The notes beneath the pieces were generated by a model, which made no database searches, was not told where the DNA came from, and saw only the letters and a program-made list of their open reading frames with translations. Positions 32,362-42,019 of a stretch of DNA of 64,000 nucleotides are shown piece after piece (within the stretch, counting starts at the first letter, position 1; every line of letters starts with the position of its first letter). Source of the DNA: an uncultured Desulfatibacillum sp. (GTDB taxonomy: Bacteria; Desulfobacterota; Desulfobacteria; Desulfobacterales; SpSt-501); NCBI GenBank assembly GCA_964570965.1, contig CAZNAX010000001.1:105469-169468 (forward strand), in the 5' to 3' direction. Both the position numbers and the translations under genes were made by a program.

Positions 32362-32726
32362 GCATGCTGATCAAACCCACTGAAGAAGAGCATGTAGACC
32401 AGCAGGGTCTGATCATGTTGGACAAGATAGCCTTGAGCGACATCAACCAATCTTATCGTGTACGCGATCTTCTTTTTTTGAGACTCATACTCGTATCTAG
32501 AGAACAAGATGCTTGGTTGTTGAGGTTTGCTCTAGTTCATGAGATACCAACATCAAAGATCAAAGATTTTCAGTTCACCAAGCAGGGTGAGGTTCTAGTA
32601 GGAGATGATCATGAATCCACTACTTCCATTCGTAATGAGGAAGTTGGCAGCAGAGGCGTCGGAGTTGTCCAAAGAGCAACTCAGAACGATCAAGCAGGAG
32701 ATCAAAGCTGTAAAACCTCAGACTGA
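32358..32726 (+). CDS. hypothetical protein
   Basis: 122 aa; ATGA overlap upstream; its last ~38 codons overlap the next gene. Confidence 0.5.
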   Translation: MSMLIKPTEEEHVDQQGLIMLDKIALSDINQSYRVRDLLFLRLILVSREQDAWLLRFALVHEIPTSKIKDFQFTKQGEVLVGDDHESTTSIRNEEVGSRGVGVVQRATQNDQAGDQSCKTSD

Positions 32727-33027
32727 AGAAGAGAAGAAGATCGTTGAGTTGGTTGGCAAACCTGCTACACGTGGTCAGCTACTTCGGTCAGCAGGAGTCG
32801 GTAGTGTTGGTGGGGTGGCAGCACACGTAGTTGGGAGAGCTATAAGTGGCGGAGCTGGTGGCATGTATCCGTGGGTTGGATCTAAGGCGAACATGCTATC
32901 CGGCAAGGCTGTGCTGAGTCCGAGAGCTTTGGCGCGTGCAGCATCCATGGGAGTGATCTTCGGATCTGCAGTTCCAGCGCTCAAGAGACACTTGGATATT
33001 GAATCAGCCAAGAGAGGTAAGTTCTGA
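32611..33027 (+). CDS. hypothetical protein with a Gly-rich hydrophobic C-terminal half
   Basis: GGAG 6 nt before ATG 32611 (the track starts at ATG 32605). Segments GVGSVGGVAAHVVG and MGVIFGSAVPAL suggest membrane association. Confidence 0.55.
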   Translation: MNPLLPFVMRKLAAEASELSKEQLRTIKQEIKAVKPQTEEEKKIVELVGKPATRGQLLRSAGVGSVGGVAAHVVGRAISGGAGGMYPWVGSKANMLSGKAVLSPRALARAASMGVIFGSAVPALKRHLDIESAKRGKF

Positions 33028-33030
33028 GCT

Positions 33031-33687
33031 ATGGCCGTCGTACCGCGAAGGAAAGAGAACTTTGCGCTGGCGGCATGCCTATCGGCAGACGCAGTAGGTA
33101 ACCTGGTCTACATTCGTGACGTCTTCAACGGTACTAGATACAGAGTAGCTTCCGTTGATCCATCCTCTTCTTTGAAGATGCCTGCTATAGGTGTGATCGT
33201 ATCGAAGCAGACACCGACTGCGTGTACGATCATGTTCTATGGATTCTCTTCTCTGTACTCTAGTCTATCACCAGGTGGAACCTACTATGCCGGGTTGGAT
33301 AGCAGGCCGGCGCAAGTAAGTGATCCAAATTACCCACCAGTAGGGTCAGTAATCCAGCAGATTGGTGTAGCGACTGACGACGATGAGCTTCTGATTCGGC
33401 CGATGGATACTAGGTCAGGCGGAAGCGGAGCAGGGGCTCGAGTCTACCAGCAACTTCTCATTCCAACGCTAGATCCTAGGGTGTTTCAAACACCACTACC
33501 ATTCATACATGGCGGCACAGATACGGAAGTCGTGGAGTACAACGGTCAGAGACTATTTTCTGGCTTGGGGAACGACTACACCATTTCTGAGTCTGGGGGT
33601 CCCGGTTCTGGCTATGATACAATCACATTAGAATTTACTCCGGCTACGGCATCGAACATGCTCGTAGACTTTGTACCAGATGTGTGA
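33031..33687 (+). CDS. hypothetical virion-module protein
   Basis: 218 aa. Confidence 0.65.
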   Translation: MAVVPRRKENFALAACLSADAVGNLVYIRDVFNGTRYRVASVDPSSSLKMPAIGVIVSKQTPTACTIMFYGFSSLYSSLSPGGTYYAGLDSRPAQVSDPNYPPVGSVIQQIGVATDDDELLIRPMDTRSGGSGAGARVYQQLLIPTLDPRVFQTPLPFIHGGTDTEVVEYNGQRLFSGLGNDYTISESGGPGSGYDTITLEFTPATASNMLVDFVPDV

Positions 33688-33714
33688 TCTGGACGGGAAA
33701 GAGGAGAGTATCGC

Positions 33715-35670
33715 ATGGGTAGGTCAATCTTCGATCAGGAAACTCAACTACGACCGTCAGATTCGTACGTTGACAACATCGCTGCCGGACAGGCGAATCT
33801 AGAAACGCCATCCACAGACATCCAGTTCGATCTCAATGCACTTAGATCTCAAATCAAGCGCATTCTAGATCACACTGCTGGTAACTACTTCGATGATGTC
33901 TTTACGACCGCCACCGGGAAGAAGCGATCTCTCAAGACAGTCCACGTTGACCTAGATGATCTGGAAGAGAAGAGACTCGACTTCCGAACCAACATATACA
34001 CGGACATCTCTGTCCCGGCTTCGGCAGCTGCCACTGATATTCTGACCCTTGGTGCAGCTCCAGTTGCAGCTGAGACTGTGACCATCGATGGGAAGGTGTA
34101 CACCTACGTTGCAGCTCTGACTCCGTTGGAAGGTGAAGTGCTGATCGAGCTCACAGCCTCTGATAGCATAGACAACCTCGTCAACGCGATCATTCACGGT
34201 CCAGGTAGCGGTACCAAATACTCTTGTGCTCTAGCGCATTCAACAGTCACTGCCGCTGCCGGTGCTCTGGATACAATGGACGTGACAGCGATCACACCCG
34301 GTACCAGTGGCAATCTCATCGCTGTTTCTGAGACGTTGGCCGGTGTAGGATCGGTGTGGACTACACCGACTCTTACTGGTGGTGCCGGTGATGTTGTCGT
34401 GCTTTCAGTAGCAAGCTCCGAAGCTCCTTCTGAGCATGGGGCCGTTGGTGGTGTGTCCACGAAGGGTGCAGTAGTCGCCTACAACAGCAGCTTCCCGAAC
34501 TGGAAGTTGTGTCTGGTTTCGGGACCGCACGCTCTTCGTCCGATGAACCTGTGCATCGTTAGGGACACAACCACAAGCGAAGTCATTCTCAGTGGCGGCA
34601 AAGAGGTCTATGCGCTGCTCTGTTGTGAGGACGCAACCGACGACCAGACCTTTGACGATCTGACCAAGCAGGTCGAGCTTGTATTCGTCAAAGAGAACGC
34701 AGGTGGAACTGCTCTGGTGGTAGTCCCTGCAGTGGACATCGGGGGAAAGAGCATCAACTACTCCTATGTTCAGCGTATCGATCTTGATCACATTCCAGAG
34801 TGGGCGTTCTTGACTGAGGTATTCGTTGATCAGTCGGCCGCCACGGATGTGACCAGGCAAAACGCCTACACGTTCCAGGGTACTACTCCTGTCGATGTCA
34901 TCACCAACTCCGTCCTCGATATCCAGTCTGTTGGCAAGTATTGGCAGATCAGAGACAACAACGAAGACTCGCTCTTCAAGATCACAGAGAACTCTACGGG
35001 CTCTGCGACCGACATCGAGGTTGGTACGGCAGTAGACACGTTCAACGTCAAAGCCGCTGCAAACGACTTCACAAAGCCGGTCACCGTAGATTCGAGTGGT
35101 GTTGATCTGCAACTCGGTGTCACAGCGATTGCCAACACTGCTACCATCGATACGCTCGGCGGTAACGATCTCCGCTTGATGGGTACTCAAGAGCTGTACC
35201 TCGATGATGGCAATGCTCCTGTTGGTTGGAGCGACACGAACGGAATCAAGCTTTCCGACACTGCTGGAGAGTGGACTGACTTTGAAGCTGAGTTTGGTGA
35301 GGCGTCGATCCTGAGCGCCATCACTCAGGCAAAACGAGGCACCGAGAGGGCCAATGGCTGGGCGCACGTCATCACGGCTGACATTCCTGCGAGTACATTG
35401 ATCACTGGCGCTGGAGTTGGAGCGAATATCAGTGCTCAACTTCCCAGCTACAAGGGCCTCTCGTTCATTGATGATGTGGAGCTCTTCGTCAATGGAGCTA
35501 AGCAACGACCTGGTGCCAATGCTGGAGCTTTGATGGACACTTATCCCAGTGCCGTTGTCGCAGAGCAGGCACAAGGTGCTTTCTACGCTCTGTTCAAGTT
35601 GAAGGTTCGTGGCGGATCCAATCCACCGGACAACCTCAATATGGTTGTGTGGGGACAGCCAACTCCGTAA
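33715..35670 (+). CDS. large virion-module protein (651 aa)
   Basis: GAGGAG SD. The 389-aa ORF on the opposite strand is treated as a shadow. Confidence 0.75.
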   Translation: MGRSIFDQETQLRPSDSYVDNIAAGQANLETPSTDIQFDLNALRSQIKRILDHTAGNYFDDVFTTATGKKRSLKTVHVDLDDLEEKRLDFRTNIYTDISVPASAAATDILTLGAAPVAAETVTIDGKVYTYVAALTPLEGEVLIELTASDSIDNLVNAIIHGPGSGTKYSCALAHSTVTAAAGALDTMDVTAITPGTSGNLIAVSETLAGVGSVWTTPTLTGGAGDVVVLSVASSEAPSEHGAVGGVSTKGAVVAYNSSFPNWKLCLVSGPHALRPMNLCIVRDTTTSEVILSGGKEVYALLCCEDATDDQTFDDLTKQVELVFVKENAGGTALVVVPAVDIGGKSINYSYVQRIDLDHIPEWAFLTEVFVDQSAATDVTRQNAYTFQGTTPVDVITNSVLDIQSVGKYWQIRDNNEDSLFKITENSTGSATDIEVGTAVDTFNVKAAANDFTKPVTVDSSGVDLQLGVTAIANTATIDTLGGNDLRLMGTQELYLDDGNAPVGWSDTNGIKLSDTAGEWTDFEAEFGEASILSAITQAKRGTERANGWAHVITADIPASTLITGAGVGANISAQLPSYKGLSFIDDVELFVNGAKQRPGANAGALMDTYPSAVVAEQAQGAFYALFKLKVRGGSNPPDNLNMVVWGQPTP

Positions 35671-35693
35671 TATCTCCCTAGAGGAGATCCTGT

Positions 35694-36317
35694 ATGAACC
35701 TAGATCAGTTCAAGGTAAGGGCCGCTCTCACTGAGGGTATCGGCCGCGACATGGAGAAGTCTCTGGAGGAAGCACAGATCGAAGTGATCAAATTCCAAGG
35801 TGCGTATGAGGCGCTGCTACAGATCAGAAAAGAATTGGGGGATAGGTCCGTGCTGGTGCGTGATGATCTGTTCAACGGAAAGATCGTCCTAGATAGAGAC
35901 GATCCTATGGCTGTAGCCAAATATGTCGTAGGCAAGATACAGGAAATGGTGGCATTCGTTCACGAAAAAGCAGAGAACGCCAATCTGAGCGGAGTTGCTG
36001 CACAAGGTAAGGTGAATGGACTACTTCATGTCGTCAAGCACATGAAGGGCCTGTTCGATTCCGAGGTAAGTAGGATCAAAATGGTGGAGGCTCAGATAGC
36101 CTCCGGAGAGGTTGTAGTAGAGGATGGGGTGCTTGTGCACGTGAAGGGGGAGAGAGTACCGGGAGTTCATCCAGGACCAAGTCTGAAGCAAATACGAATG
36201 GAGGAAGAATGGGCCGCCCAGCCTGAGAAGTCCCAGCTTCCTCCATCCGAGCCGGAGAATATCGCCCAGTCAGAGAGTCCTGTCAAGAAGACAAGAGCGA
36301 AGCGTAGGAAGGTATAG
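35694..36317 (+). CDS. coiled-coil protein with a basic C-terminus (scaffold-like, tentative)
   Basis: 207 aa; helical, charged. Confidence 0.6.
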   Translation: MNLDQFKVRAALTEGIGRDMEKSLEEAQIEVIKFQGAYEALLQIRKELGDRSVLVRDDLFNGKIVLDRDDPMAVAKYVVGKIQEMVAFVHEKAENANLSGVAAQGKVNGLLHVVKHMKGLFDSEVSRIKMVEAQIASGEVVVEDGVLVHVKGERVPGVHPGPSLKQIRMEEEWAAQPEKSQLPPSEPENIAQSESPVKKTRAKRRKV

Positions 36318-36321
36318 GATC

Positions 36322-36774
36322 ATGCCTCGATCTCCTGATGCTAGGGCTGGAGAGTTGCTCGAGGATGACGGAATCCTACTGGGATCACAGGAGTCTGATC
36401 CTACTGATATAGGCGAATTCAGAAACGTCAATGGTGAGATTAGGATCAAGGACACAATAGGCGTCTACGATCCTCGTGCACTACGATCTCTCATTCACTT
36501 CATAAGCGAAGGTCCTGCAGATGGATTTGCTTCAGGGACATACAAGGAGATCCTTCCTTCAGCCAATCCATTTCCGACGTCTGTGATCTGGTGGGAATCT
36601 GCCGCTAAGCTCAAGAAGATCGTCGAGAAGACGCTCACCTACACTGGAGCATTTCCTACAACGATCGTTTGGAAGTCGTATGCAGCAGACGGAGTAACTG
36701 TGCTAGCAACTGTCTCTGATGCGATCTCGTACTCTGGTCACTTTGAGACTACTCGAACAAGGACGATAAGCTGA
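36322..36774 (+). CDS. hypothetical virion-module protein
   Basis: 150 aa. Confidence 0.65.
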   Translation: MPRSPDARAGELLEDDGILLGSQESDPTDIGEFRNVNGEIRIKDTIGVYDPRALRSLIHFISEGPADGFASGTYKEILPSANPFPTSVIWWESAAKLKKIVEKTLTYTGAFPTTIVWKSYAADGVTVLATVSDAISYSGHFETTRTRTIS

Positions 36775-36781
36775 GGTAACT

Positions 36782-37486
36782 ATGTCACAAGATTCCCCAG
36801 CCGCCCTAATTTACGACGCAAGCAATGGTCCTGCTACGGTCAGGACTGATGGATCAGATAAGCGGCTTTGTGTTGAAGCGAAACTAGTAAGCGGTGGAGG
36901 CAATCAACAGGTACAGGTTTATGACGCAACGAATGGCCCTGCATCTGTAATAACGGACGGCTCGATAAAGCGCCTTGCCGTCTCTACTGGCGCAGCATCC
37001 ACTCTTACGACAACGGTGGACTTTCTTAGGCGATCATGGCCTGGTGGTGCCTATACGATGGCCGTGGATGGTTCCGTAACTCCGGTTGTGTTCTATTATC
37101 CAGCAGATGCTACGAGGGACATCAACCTAGTCTCGCTCACCTTTTCTTTTTCGACAGGAAACTTCGACTGGAATGGTGTCGGCTTTGGTGACGGAACAAG
37201 TCTAGCTAATGGCATTCTCATTGAGATAGTTGTGAACACTGGAACTACAATTGTACTAGGCACTGTCAACTTGAATGAAGACTTTATGCGACTATCGTCG
37301 TTCAACGACATCACGCAGGCAGGCGTCACCGATCATCTTGACTCCGTATTTCAGTTCACAGGAAATATGCGATTGAAGGCTGGAACTACGGATAGGGCAA
37401 GAGTGACTGTTCGAGATAATCTTACCTTGGCAGCAAGGGATGTGAAATATCTAACTGCAACATTCAAGGGGGAGTTGGTGGCGTAA
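36782..37486 (+). CDS. hypothetical virion-module protein with an N-terminal 36-aa tandem repeat
   Basis: IYDASNGPATVRTDGSDKRLCVEA (36809-36880) and VYDATNGPASVITDGSIKRLAVST (36917-36988). Confidence 0.7.
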   Translation: MSQDSPAALIYDASNGPATVRTDGSDKRLCVEAKLVSGGGNQQVQVYDATNGPASVITDGSIKRLAVSTGAASTLTTTVDFLRRSWPGGAYTMAVDGSVTPVVFYYPADATRDINLVSLTFSFSTGNFDWNGVGFGDGTSLANGILIEIVVNTGTTIVLGTVNLNEDFMRLSSFNDITQAGVTDHLDSVFQFTGNMRLKAGTTDRARVTVRDNLTLAARDVKYLTATFKGELVA

Positions 37487-37950
37487 TGGCTAAACATGTT
37501 ATCAATATCGGAAACACGGGGGAAATTCCTGATGGAACGGCTCCTTTTGTACTAGGCGTAACTAGTGAGATGAGCCCAGGGCAGACAATTGAAACGGTTT
37601 CTGATCCCATCCCCCTCGGTGAAATACTCAGGGTAGTGTTTGCTCGCGCCTCATGTCGGCCGTTACATGACGTAAACGGCGTAAAGAATGTTTTACTCGT
37701 TGAACTGCTTTATCGAGAGGTGTGGGAAAGCGAAACATATGACCATTTGTTCGGGAAATCATATCTAGAGCTAGATTGTTCAGCGGACTTTCCTGCAGAA
37801 TCTCTATGTTGGGATACAACACCCATGATCGGAGATGGCGAAACAACAACGTTCGTTATTCGACGAACAGTATTTGGAAATGTGAGCAACCAGGATACAA
37901 TGGTTGCGGTACGCGGTTACTTGGAAGACTATGAAGAGGAAGGAGAGTAG
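37486..37950 (+). CDS. hypothetical protein, paralog A of a tandem pair
   Basis: 154 aa. Shares ETVSDPI, GDG.TT.VIRR and VRG with the next gene. Confidence 0.65.
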   Translation: MAKHVINIGNTGEIPDGTAPFVLGVTSEMSPGQTIETVSDPIPLGEILRVVFARASCRPLHDVNGVKNVLLVELLYREVWESETYDHLFGKSYLELDCSADFPAESLCWDTTPMIGDGETTTFVIRRTVFGNVSNQDTMVAVRGYLEDYEEEGE

Positions 37951-37953
37951 ACA

Positions 37954-38349
37954 GTGGATAAAGGAAAAGAAGAAGAGTTTTGTCTATCAATCCAGTCTGA
38001 CATGTATCCTGAAAAGGATATATTCGAGACGGTATCTGATCCCATTCACAAAAATCACACGCTGCACTTGCATTCGCTAACGGTAGCGTGCGAGCCGTTG
38101 GCAAACGACTGCGTTCAGGTGGAGGTGCTGTGGCGTGAGACTATCAATTTGGAGGTGATTGACCATCCGGTAGATATTCCTGTGTGGACTCGCGAGTCAG
38201 TCATTCGTCCATATGAGAATCTGTCCACATGTCTCGACGGCACTTCGATGACGGGAGACGGCAAAAGCACACTCGTTATCCGCCGTCACGTTGAGGGCAG
38301 TGTCGGGCCACAAACGGTAGCAGTTGTTGTTCGCGGGCACCACTGCTAG
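37954..38349 (+). CDS. hypothetical protein, paralog B of a tandem pair
   Basis: GTG start 7 nt after GAAGGAGAG; 131 aa. Confidence 0.6.
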   Translation: MDKGKEEEFCLSIQSDMYPEKDIFETVSDPIHKNHTLHLHSLTVACEPLANDCVQVEVLWRETINLEVIDHPVDIPVWTRESVIRPYENLSTCLDGTSMTGDGKSTLVIRRHVEGSVGPQTVAVVVRGHHC

Positions 38350-38367
38350 AGAGGTTCTGGAAGATTT

Positions 38368-38538
38368 ATGATAACAATGGTTTTGGTTATCCTATTGATT
38401 CTAGCTATGTGCGGGGGAGGCTACGGCTGGAAAGCCGGTTGGGGATTCATGGGGTGGTCTCCAGTAGGCATCATTCTGCTCATATGGTTTGTGTTGTGGT
38501 TTACGGGTTACATTCATCCGGGTCGCGGATTCAACTGA
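38368..38538 (+). CDS. small two-TM membrane protein (56 aa), DUF3309-like; not in the ORF track
   Basis: Hand translation MITMVLVILLILAMCGGGYGWKAGWGFMGWSPVGIILLIWFVLWFTGYIHPGRGFN. It fills an otherwise empty 215-nt gap. Confidence 0.5.
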   Translation: MITMVLVILLILAMCGGGYGWKAGWGFMGWSPVGIILLIWFVLWFTGYIHPGRGFN

Positions 38539-38564
38539 TCTAGCGCAGCTAGAGGAGAAACGAT

Positions 38565-38900
38565 ATGGCGACATTTGAAAAGACGTGGGCAAATCGTGCA
38601 GCGCAAGTTGTGTACATGACAACGCAGGATCTCAGTCCGGCAGAGCCCCTTCCGGTTGACTCTACGCTGTCATTCACTATTCCTAGGAAATCCCCCGCTG
38701 TCATAACTGCGTTGTGGAATGGAGATCCGTCGGTCGCATACGGGTACGCGGTGACAGCTCCTCAAGGCGGAACTACAGAATACAACCTTGATAACAATGG
38801 TGATCTTACGAGCTGTGCGAATGGCGCGGCATCCCAGGTTGACGGCATTCTTGGCAAGTTGGCGACGACATCCCGCAAGGCCACGGTCACGATACCGTAG
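38565..38900 (+). CDS. hypothetical virion-module protein
   Basis: GAGGAG SD; 111 aa. Confidence 0.65.
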   Translation: MATFEKTWANRAAQVVYMTTQDLSPAEPLPVDSTLSFTIPRKSPAVITALWNGDPSVAYGYAVTAPQGGTTEYNLDNNGDLTSCANGAASQVDGILGKLATTSRKATVTIP

Positions 38901-38938
38901 CACCCCTCCTTTCACCCGCTTAGAACGGGGTCAACAAC

Positions 38939-39199
38939 ATGGAAGAGAAATCTAATGGAGGGGACAGAACTGAACCCGATATGCTCTTCCTGATCTATCA
39001 GGAAGCATTGGAGCAGAGTAGAAGACTAGATCAATTCCAGGAACAGATGAAACAAGTTCAGGAGCAGATGAAACAGATCAGAGCCGATTTGAACAGCACC
39101 ATATCGGCAATTAGGGTTCTAGGACTGCGACTTGGAATACTAGAAGAGAGCTTCACACCTATCCTCACATCCCCATCTTTTGGAGAGAATGATCAGTGA
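38939..39199 (+). CDS. small coiled-coil protein
   Basis: 86 aa; repeated QEQMKQ heptad-like segment. Confidence 0.6.
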   Translation: MEEKSNGGDRTEPDMLFLIYQEALEQSRRLDQFQEQMKQVQEQMKQIRADLNSTISAIRVLGLRLGILEESFTPILTSPSFGENDQ

Positions 39200-39205
39200 T
39201 ATAAT
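39197..39205 (+). promoter_or_regulatory. extended -10 promoter candidate TGaTATAAT
   Basis: Consensus TATAAT (39200-39205) with TG one nt upstream, 26 nt before ATG 39232. Confidence 0.35.
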
Positions 39206-39231
39206 AGAGATAGAAACAGAGAGGGGATCCT

Positions 39232-39915
39232 ATGGCGAGCACAAAGGTCCCGGACAAAGATTCATCTGATGAGATCACTCAGGTAACTGATCAACGTAGC
39301 ATGTACAAGAAGCTGGAGAAGCTTGATGGCTTGCTGCAGCGAACTATTCGACATGTTGGAATCATACCGGAGATCAAGACTAAGGTATACGCATCCAGCG
39401 AGAAGCTGATCGAGCTGAATACCATTGTCGTCGCTATGGATGAGCGTGTCGACAGGGTTGAACAGCGAATAGATCATGGCCATGACTGCTACCAGGTAGA
39501 TACCATCTCCAATGTCTCCGAGAGTAGCAAGCAGATAGCTGCTACTATCCACGACTATCTGGAGTCATCGATCAAAGCATCCGAGAAGGTCAAACGTATC
39601 GAGGATGATGTACGGGAGATCAAGGGTAATCGCAAGTGGCTGATCGGAGTCATAATCGGTTTACTCGTTCCTATGCTTGGATCAATCGGTAGTGCTATCT
39701 GGTTGGCAGCCACTTTGAATGAAAGAGTCGAGACTCAAGAGGCTGTACGTAGACAGCAGATCGAGCGAGTGGAGAGCGTTGTTCGAGCATCGGATAGACG
39801 CCAGACTGAGGCATTGAAAGGCATCGATCTGCAATTGGAAAAGACGCTCACCGTTGTTCCTGATGGTAAGAGTGCTGGTATTATCTCTCGGAAGGCGGGT
39901 AAGCGTGTTCCATGA
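39232..39915 (+). CDS. membrane-anchored coiled-coil protein
   Basis: 227 aa; hydrophobic span WLIGVIIGLLVPMLGSIGSAIWLAA flanked by charged helices. Confidence 0.65.
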   Translation: MASTKVPDKDSSDEITQVTDQRSMYKKLEKLDGLLQRTIRHVGIIPEIKTKVYASSEKLIELNTIVVAMDERVDRVEQRIDHGHDCYQVDTISNVSESSKQIAATIHDYLESSIKASEKVKRIEDDVREIKGNRKWLIGVIIGLLVPMLGSIGSAIWLAATLNERVETQEAVRRQQIERVESVVRASDRRQTEALKGIDLQLEKTLTVVPDGKSAGIISRKAGKRVP

Positions 39916-40445
39916 CGATACCAGCGACAGTAGGCGATGCTGTAACTCTGGTTGAAGTGCTTCCTGATGGGAGTACTTATTTCTACCCACAGGCAGAAGT
40001 GTATGCGCCAGGGGACACAGTGCCATTGGCTGTAGTCGACTTGGATCACCAAGTGAAAGGGCGATATGAGGGTAGTTGGACTCCCTCTTCTGTTGGGTCC
40101 TACACAGCCGTGTTCATCGTCTATGCTGACGCAGCAAGGACAGTAGAGAGCATCCTGTACACCAGAGAGGCGGAGCAGATATTCGTCACGTCGTCTGACG
40201 TTGATGATCTTGCCTCGATGCTGATCAGAGTACTCGGTCTAGTTCATGAGAATGTCTTCATCGACAACACTACCTACGATGCTAGTGCCATGCTACTGAC
40301 GGCCCGCCTCAGAGTATTTGCGACGAAAGCTGAGGCGCAGGCGGCAACAGACGGCGGTAGCGAAGTGTCTAGAGAGACTTACACTGTTGATGCTGCGTAC
40401 GAAGGCGCCGGCAAGATGCGGCAGTACAGGATGGTGAAGGACTGA
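39912..40445 (+). CDS. hypothetical virion-module protein
   Basis: 177 aa; ATGA overlap. Confidence 0.65.
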   Translation: MTIPATVGDAVTLVEVLPDGSTYFYPQAEVYAPGDTVPLAVVDLDHQVKGRYEGSWTPSSVGSYTAVFIVYADAARTVESILYTREAEQIFVTSSDVDDLASMLIRVLGLVHENVFIDNTTYDASAMLLTARLRVFATKAEAQAATDGGSEVSRETYTVDAAYEGAGKMRQYRMVKD

Positions 40446-40750
40446 TGCCTACTTGCGGAATGGCCATCGTTACTCGTGGGATGACCTACCCCCCGTATGG
40501 GAGTCCGACCCCCACTCTGTGTGAGAAGCCCGTGGTGCACGCAGTGGTGGAAGTCAGACCCCAGATACGAATGGTAACTGCTCCAGCTGCAGAAGGTCCA
40601 GTAGGAGCTCCATCAGTCATAGCGGCATCCGCATTGAAGCCTCAGATCGTAAGTACAAGACCTCCGTATACCAACACTGGTCAAGATATTCCTACTGTAG
40701 TGTCTACAGACGATCTACGTCCACGAATTGTGGATACTGAGGAAGAGTAA
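40445..40750 (+). CDS. hypothetical Pro-rich protein
   Basis: 101 aa. Confidence 0.55.
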   Translation: MPTCGMAIVTRGMTYPPYGSPTPTLCEKPVVHAVVEVRPQIRMVTAPAAEGPVGAPSVIAASALKPQIVSTRPPYTNTGQDIPTVVSTDDLRPRIVDTEEE

Positions 40751-41685
40751 TGGCCGTCATCAAACTCAAGACCTACGTGGCCAATCTGTCCAATGTTCTC
40801 AGTCTCTTCGATAAGATGCAAATGTGGCGATCAGAGACTGGAATACTTGGAACGTATTTCGAGATCACTGCTGCCGTTGTGACTCCGGCAACTCTTCTCG
40901 GAACGCAAACCTCTCCGTTCACTTTGAATGGTAAGACGCTCAAGCTGAAGGTCAATCAAGGATCGGAGCAGTCAATCACCATCGTCAGTGCCGATCCGAT
41001 AGGCATAGACGATCTGGTGAACTTCCTGAACACAGAGCTTTTGGAGGCGATTGCTTCAGAAGATGGTGGCGCTCTCAGATTGACAACTGTCGTCTCTGGA
41101 ACTGTATCTGTCCTCGAGATCACGGGCGGAACAGTCCTAACGGACCTTGGTTTTACTGTTGGACAGATCGATAACGGAGAAGATCTACGTATAACACTGT
41201 CCCCATCGTCTACGTCGTATGAGTACGACGATCAGAGCGGTGATCCAGATAACTACTACAAGGTTCGGTACTACAATAGCATCACAGGAGCATTCTCTAG
41301 TTTCAGCGATCCAGTGAAGGGAGACATTGGATCAATTGTTCCCCCTACCGATCTTGTGAAGGCGTATGGTACGTTTGCTAAGCTAGACGGCAAGCCTCAA
41401 GTAGGAACTGCGGTCATTTTCTACAACGTCTACATGCCCCCGTTGTACGTTGGAGATATTGGAATCATTGGCCGGGAGATTCGTGTAGAGACTGATCAAG
41501 CAGGGTATCTCGAGACGATGCTCGTCAAGGGATCCATTGTAGATGTGATCATTTCTGGAACTGGTATTATCAGACGGATACGAGTTCCAACTTCGGACTT
41601 CAATATCATGGGAGCAGTAGCGACGGCAGATGACAGCTTCCAGATTCAGGTGCCTAACATACCTGCTGCAGTTAGGAGATCGTGA
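40750..41685 (+). CDS. hypothetical virion-module protein
   Basis: 311 aa. Confidence 0.7.
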   Translation: MAVIKLKTYVANLSNVLSLFDKMQMWRSETGILGTYFEITAAVVTPATLLGTQTSPFTLNGKTLKLKVNQGSEQSITIVSADPIGIDDLVNFLNTELLEAIASEDGGALRLTTVVSGTVSVLEITGGTVLTDLGFTVGQIDNGEDLRITLSPSSTSYEYDDQSGDPDNYYKVRYYNSITGAFSSFSDPVKGDIGSIVPPTDLVKAYGTFAKLDGKPQVGTAVIFYNVYMPPLYVGDIGIIGREIRVETDQAGYLETMLVKGSIVDVIISGTGIIRRIRVPTSDFNIMGAVATADDSFQIQVPNIPAAVRRS

Positions 41686-42011
41686 TGGCCGTTCCTGTTA
41701 GAGGAGTTCCGATCGGTGCCCTATTTGCTATGGCTCGAATGGTAGCTCGTAGGGAAAAGCTGCAGGAGTACCGCCTTGCAACGTTAGAAGCGGCACGTGC
41801 ACAAAGAGCAGAGATCGAGGAGGGAGCGCGAGAGGCTAGTCTGGATAGGATGCGCGAGATCAGCAATGCTCAAATGGTATCGCACATTACAGGAAGCGAA
41901 ATACCAGCAGGAATCATGGTGCCACGAGGGGCTGGAGTCTCGAGGTCATCCGTGTCACCATTTGTCCCACAGTTGGTTGCATCGCCAACAGCGATGGCAA
42001 TCCAGAAGTAG
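41682..42011 (+). CDS. hypothetical protein
   Basis: 109 aa. Confidence 0.55.
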   Translation: MMAVPVRGVPIGALFAMARMVARREKLQEYRLATLEAARAQRAEIEEGAREASLDRMREISNAQMVSHITGSEIPAGIMVPRGAGVSRSSVSPFVPQLVASPTAMAIQK

Positions 42012-42019
42012 GGAAGAAC

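Noticed and set aside
34405-35574. 389-aa minus-strand ORF inside the 651-aa structural gene
   Set aside because: It has no SD or operon context and an Arg/Ser/Leu-rich composition typical of antisense frames. The plus-strand gene fits the tightly coupled operon.
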